From NCBI GenBank assembly GCA_024638445.1, contig JAHEKH010000004.1, positions 1-63,067 on the forward strand: a stretch of 63,067 nucleotides of DNA, read 5' to 3'. Source of the DNA: Gammaproteobacteria bacterium (GTDB taxonomy: Bacteria; Pseudomonadota; Gammaproteobacteria; Steroidobacterales; JABDKV01). Shown here one piece after another: positions 59,701 through 63,067 of this stretch. Position 1 is the first letter of the stretch, and every line of letters begins with the position of its first letter. The notes beneath the pieces are model-generated. The model worked only from the letters and a program-made list of their open reading frames with translations. It ran no database searches and had not been told where the DNA came from. The translations under genes and the position numbers were made by a program.

Positions 59701-60250
59701 GCTCTACGGCACCGCTGCTGCCCAACCCGGCGCCGCCGAACAGGACATAGCTCGCGCCCGCGTAGAAATCCGTGCCGGCGTTCTCCGCCGCAATGATCAG
59801 GTCATCGATACCGTCGCCATTCAGGTCGCCGGCATTGCTGACCGCGCCGCCGGCCTCGTCATCGGCGGTCACACCGTTGACGACGTAACCGTTGCTGCCG
59901 TCGAGGCTCGAGAGTTCGAGCAATGCGCTGGTTGGTCCGGCCGTGCCAAAAACCACGTAGCTGGCGCCGGAGTTCTTGCCGTTGGGATCGGCATGGAACG
60001 CACCGACGACCAGGTCGTCGATACCGTCGTCGTTGACGTCGCCGGCGCCGCTGATGGGATAACCGGATTCGTCACCCGGGTTGACGCCATGGAGGACGTA
60101 ACCATTGATTCCGTCGAGATCTGCAAGCTCGAGCTCGAGACGACCCGCCCCGGACTGGTCCGGAGCCAGGCACACGCTTACGCACAGCAAACCGCTGAGG
60201 AACCAGGCCCTTTCCGGCAGCCTGTCTGGACAAATTCCCTCTTGCTTCAT
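56738..60250 (-). CDS. secreted integrin-alpha-like FG-GAP protein (14 repeats) with duplicated Cys/Trp C-terminal module
   Basis: 14 copies of GDxNxDGxxD-L-x-I/V-GA...G.sYVVFG; N-terminal hydrophobic signal. Confidence 0.92.
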   Translation of the reverse strand: MKQEGICPDRLPERAWFLSGLLCVSVCLAPDQSGAGRLELELADLDGINGYVLHGVNPGDESGYPISGAGDVNDDGIDDLVVGAFHADPNGKNSGASYVVFGTAGPTSALLELSSLDGSNGYVVNGVTADDEAGGAVSNAGDLNGDGIDDLIIAAENAGTDFYAGASYVLFGGAGLGSSGAVELSTVDGSNGFIVNGASGRTQETATGISVSSAGDVNGDGNDDLIIGALHADPNDDESGASYIVFGGPHLAGPGTLELSALDGTDGFVVNGEGPDNRSGVAVASLGDFNGDGIDDLVIGAPFAEPAGIRYAGAAYVLYGGTGVGGSGVLELSSLDGTNGFVLMGAGVDFLTGYSAAGAGDINNDGFSDLVLGAHRADPAGLNSGAAFVVFGGAGVAESGSLGLWTLDGSNGFIVAGATPNDLAGVAVSSAGDFNDDGTDDLLVGAYLADAHGAESGAGYVVFGRNDIGSSGLLRLSTLGDTDGLTVLGDANGDSTGISVGSAGDLNGDAISDIVIGAFGADPNGTDAGAAYVVFGGAGNKGELNVSALDGTNGFALNGAAAGDRTGCSANSAGDVNGDGIGDLVVGAIGADPNGDGSGASYVVFGGSGVGAGGLIELALLDGSEGFVVNGVQSGDDSGTSVSTARDLNGDGIDDLVIGASGAEPNGEDSGAAYVVFGSVGLGSSGAVELAALDGSSGLVLNGELSLEERHPRGIAVSALGDVNADGFDDAIVGDPRAVPDGIWDAGSSYVVFGGPFVGSGGTIEAGDFDGSNGFILNGIQPGDRAGFAVGGAGDINGDGVDDIVIGAALADPNGLSLAGTSYVVFGAPLLGSGGALELASLDGSNGFTINGAAADDRSGLSVSGVGDVNQDGLDDLLIGAYRASATGPRSGASYVVFGAPGVGSSGTLELASLNGPNGFVINGVAAGDLSGLSVSGPGDVSGDGIDDLLIGAKWADPNGTSDAGAAYVIYGEPGLGSAGSFELGSLDGTNGLVLNGIAPGDRAGRWVSGAGDLNSDGIGDLLIGAYAADPGGRSEAGASYVVYGRPPGPGATLTNVAGTRVICLNLDRPSNVIFASAKSAWDCGWKGLEYAPGERVVMLFEGTATGSAQVGGKAIGLAGRPMLTRCENVTTGQVVLSPRSGLDPWDCRTDGLTINPGDSVRLLLLGYLP

Positions 60251-60268
60251 CCTTTAGTCACGCAGGCG

Positions 60269-61918
60269 TCAGGGTATCGACAGGGATTCGAGGAACCGGC
60301 ACTGGATACCGGCACAGGATTGGAGCAGCCCCAGCAGTGTACCGAAAGGCGCGCCCGGTGGCGGCACTAGCGACTGCATCTGGTACGGGTCTGTCAGCAG
60401 ATCGTAGAACTCGACATGAGTGGGCGCCTGCGTATTGCTCAGGTTTGCAAACGTGGTCGAGAATACCAGGTCTCTCGACGTGTCGCGGTAGCGCAGGGCC
60501 GCGTACTTGGCATAGCCGCTGTCCGGCACATAATAGTGTTCGACGAGGAATACTTTACGGTGCCACAAATGGTTGACGGGGTCAGCCAGCAACGAAACCA
60601 GGCTCGTCCCGTCGAGCTGATAGGGCGGCACCACATCCGCATAGTCGACCAGCGTCGCCGCCAGGTCATTGTTGATCACGGTCTGGCTCGCGACCACGCC
60701 AGCGGGTATTCCCGGTCCACGGATCAGCAGCGGCACGCGGATCGACTCTTCGTAAACGACCTCTTTGCCGGAGGCGCGGTGCTCGCCGTACATCCAGCCA
60801 TTGTCCGAGGTGAAAATCACCACCGTATCGTTGTCGACGCCGTTGGCAATGAGCCGGTCCATCACGGTGCCGACCAGGTCGTCGACTGCCATCATCGAGG
60901 CCATCATCGACTTGTACTGGTCGATCATCATCACGGCTTCGTCGGGGATGACCATCGGCGGGATATCGGCCGGGCACTGGTGAGTAGCCGCCGGCGGCGA
61001 CATCGGCAGGCAGGTGGGCTTGTCCGACATGTCCGGCTCGTTGAACGAGGGCTTGATCAACGGGCCGGGAAGCTCGCCGTTGGCCAGATCCCCATCGACC
61101 AGGTAGGCGTGACGCGGAGCCGGCCGGATCACCGGCTCGAAGCGGCTCATCAGCAGGTCATCGGGAATCGGCTCGACATGCGGCGCAAAGGTGTCGACGA
61201 ACAGCAGGAACGGCGTGCCGCCGGCAACGCTGTCATCGATGAAACCGGCGGCACGGTCCGCCAGCACATCGGTCTGGTATTCCGCCTCGGCATTGCCGAA
61301 CGCGATCAGGGTGCCGTTGTAATTCAGCTCATAGTCGAACACTTTGAAAGTGCCCGGGTCCACGAGTCCGTGCCACTCGTCATAGCCCGCGGGCACGTGC
61401 AGCCTGGGGTCAGGTTGACCCGGCTCCAGCTCGGTGCCCAGCAGACACACGCCGTCAGGACCACAGACCCCGTAACCGTTGAGGTACCGCCCGACGTGAC
61501 CGGTGCGGTAGCCCGACGCCTGCAGCCACGTCGCCACGGTCGATGACTCGCGGCCGGGGTCGGCGCCGTTGGGCAACCAGCCCTCCCAGGCAATACCCGG
61601 ATAGTTGCCGGCATCGAAACCGGTCCGCCGATTGTGATAAACGCGGTGATTGTGAGTGTACTGTCCGCGCAACAGGGTTACCCGCGACGGGCAGCACAAC
61701 GCGTTGCTGACAAAAGAATTATCGAACTTCACGCCGCCGTTGACGAGATATTGCTGGATATTGGGCGCCAGGCCCAGGTCCAGCGTTGCCGCAAGCAGGT
61801 CTTCGGACAAATCGTCGGAGAGCACCACCACGAGATTGGGGCGCTCCTGTGCGCCGGCAACGGACGCAGCGAGCATGGCCAGTGACAGGAAAGCCGTAGC
61901 GATTGCGGTTTTTTTCAT
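60269..61918 (-). CDS. secreted sulfatase (N-acetylglucosamine-6-sulfatase-like)
   Basis: signal peptide; PNLVVVLSDD, CCPSR formylglycine motif, FTSDNG...GEH, YEESIRVP. Confidence 0.93.
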   Translation of the reverse strand: MKKTAIATAFLSLAMLAASVAGAQERPNLVVVLSDDLSEDLLAATLDLGLAPNIQQYLVNGGVKFDNSFVSNALCCPSRVTLLRGQYTHNHRVYHNRRTGFDAGNYPGIAWEGWLPNGADPGRESSTVATWLQASGYRTGHVGRYLNGYGVCGPDGVCLLGTELEPGQPDPRLHVPAGYDEWHGLVDPGTFKVFDYELNYNGTLIAFGNAEAEYQTDVLADRAAGFIDDSVAGGTPFLLFVDTFAPHVEPIPDDLLMSRFEPVIRPAPRHAYLVDGDLANGELPGPLIKPSFNEPDMSDKPTCLPMSPPAATHQCPADIPPMVIPDEAVMMIDQYKSMMASMMAVDDLVGTVMDRLIANGVDNDTVVIFTSDNGWMYGEHRASGKEVVYEESIRVPLLIRGPGIPAGVVASQTVINNDLAATLVDYADVVPPYQLDGTSLVSLLADPVNHLWHRKVFLVEHYYVPDSGYAKYAALRYRDTSRDLVFSTTFANLSNTQAPTHVEFYDLLTDPYQMQSLVPPPGAPFGTLLGLLQSCAGIQCRFLESLSIP

Positions 61919-61943
61919 TGTTGTAGTCCCCCGGACGAGTTTC

Positions 61944-62975
61944 TTACTTGGCTGTACCGCGCACGAAGACCCTGACAGCATCGCCGGGACTGACGCTGAG
62001 ACCCGCCGTTTCGCAGTTCCATCCCGTACCGCCCGTCCCGGAAACCGACACACTCTGACCGGTCGTTTCGTTGACACAATAGGTCAGCAGCTCACCGGTG
62101 CTGAAGCCAAATGCGGTTCCGGCGAATGGTGCCGTAGCGGTCGCGACACCCTCGAACAGCGTGTCGATCGAATCCAATGAGCTAATCGCCAGGCCTTGAT
62201 CCTCGCAATCCCAGGCGTTGCCGCCCTCCAGGAGAAATGACGCACCCTGGCTGGTTGTCGCGTTGAGGCAGGTTGCGCGCTCACCGAGAACACCAGACAG
62301 CATGACGCCCGGACCCGGGCCGTTGCCGAATACCACGTAGCTCTCACCGGCCCTGCTGCCGGTTGGATCCGCCATCCAGGCACCAATGAGAATATCGTCG
62401 GCGCCGTCGGCGTTGACATCACCGGCGCCACTCACCGACCGCCCCGAGTAATCCGACCTGGCCGCGCCGAGTAGCACCATGCCGCTGCTGTCATCGAGTT
62501 CGGCAAGCTCGACGACACCGCTCGCACCGACATCGGGCCCGCCGTAAACGAGATAGGACACGCCTGACTTGTAGCCGTTGGCGTTCGAACCGTTGGCGCC
62601 GATGAGCAGGTCGTCGAAGCCGTCACGATTGATGTCACCGGCAGCGCTCACCGCGGCACCCACGAAATCGTTCGAACTTTCGCCGTTGAGCCGGAAGCCG
62701 TTGCTGCCGTCGAGCGTCGAGAGTTCGAGGACACCACTGCTGCCGAGTCCCGCGGAACCGAAGACCACGTAGGCGGCACCGGACTCATAGCCGTTGACGT
62801 CGGAGCGGTAGGCACCAACCAGCAGGTCTGCGACGCCGTCGTTGTTCATGTCGCCCGCGCGGCTCGCTGCATTACAGGTGAAATCCTCAAATGCGGGACC
62901 GTTGAGGACAAAACCGTTGGATCCATCGAGAGCGGATAGCTCGAGTACGCCGCTGCTGCCCAGCCCCACACCACC
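61944..62975 (-). CDS. FG-GAP repeat protein, 5'-truncated
   Basis: three FG-GAP repeats plus the same C-terminal module as 56738-60250; no signal peptide; the 5' end joins unrelated sequence. Confidence 0.8.
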   Translation of the reverse strand, partial: GGVGLGSSGVLELSALDGSNGFVLNGPAFEDFTCNAASRAGDMNNDGVADLLVGAYRSDVNGYESGAAYVVFGSAGLGSSGVLELSTLDGSNGFRLNGESSNDFVGAAVSAAGDINRDGFDDLLIGANGSNANGYKSGVSYLVYGGPDVGASGVVELAELDDSSGMVLLGAARSDYSGRSVSGAGDVNADGADDILIGAWMADPTGSRAGESYVVFGNGPGPGVMLSGVLGERATCLNATTSQGASFLLEGGNAWDCEDQGLAISSLDSIDTLFEGVATATAPFAGTAFGFSTGELLTYCVNETTGQSVSVSGTGGTGWNCETAGLSVSPGDAVRVFVRGTAK

Positions 62976-63067
62976 AGGGCCACCCCGAACTCGCTGGTCA
63001 GGGATTTCATCAGCTCCAGAATCTGAGCCTGAATGGTTACATCGAGAGCGGTAGTAGGCTCGTCGGC
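62969..63067 (-). pseudogene. fragment of an oligopeptide/dipeptide ABC ATPase (OppD/DppD type)
   Basis: minus strand from 63067 reads [33 protein letters not shown], then switches into FG-GAP DNA. Confidence 0.85.

Overview
GC-rich bacterial chromosomal window, most consistent with a Gammaproteobacterium. This is inferred from the polA-engB-cytochrome c4-dsbA synteny, lptM-lysA, yadG/yadH and a Xanthomonas-type ArgF' homologue. It is mostly housekeeping, envelope and hydrolase genes. No rRNA, tRNA, transposase, integrase or CRISPR-cas is visible. The most unusual part is the polA-engB interval, which holds three things in order: (i) a ~118-nt three-hairpin sRNA candidate with C-rich loops and a terminator, at the conserved post-polA sRNA site (Spot 42/ErsA/sX13 position); (ii) a 1473-aa secreted HExxH-peptidase/VWA/dockerin-like protein; (iii) a six-unit tandem array in which a GTAG-type REP-like palindrome alternates with a 77-nt hairpin that shows plus-strand G-U wobble pairs and compensatory changes between copies. 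Also notable: a possible phosphorelay with a pseudo-kinase (ChpT-like) middle member, degenerate ArgF' and ATPase pseudo-enzyme candidates, a divergent PurD-like ligase, a sigma54 promoter on a PEP-CTERM-type gene, and two FG-GAP proteins sharing an unrecognised duplicated Cys/Trp C-terminal module. There is a REP/MITE-like repeat cluster at the left end and a chimeric oppD/dppD-FG-GAP junction at the right end. All calls come from reading motifs by eye; no database searches were run.
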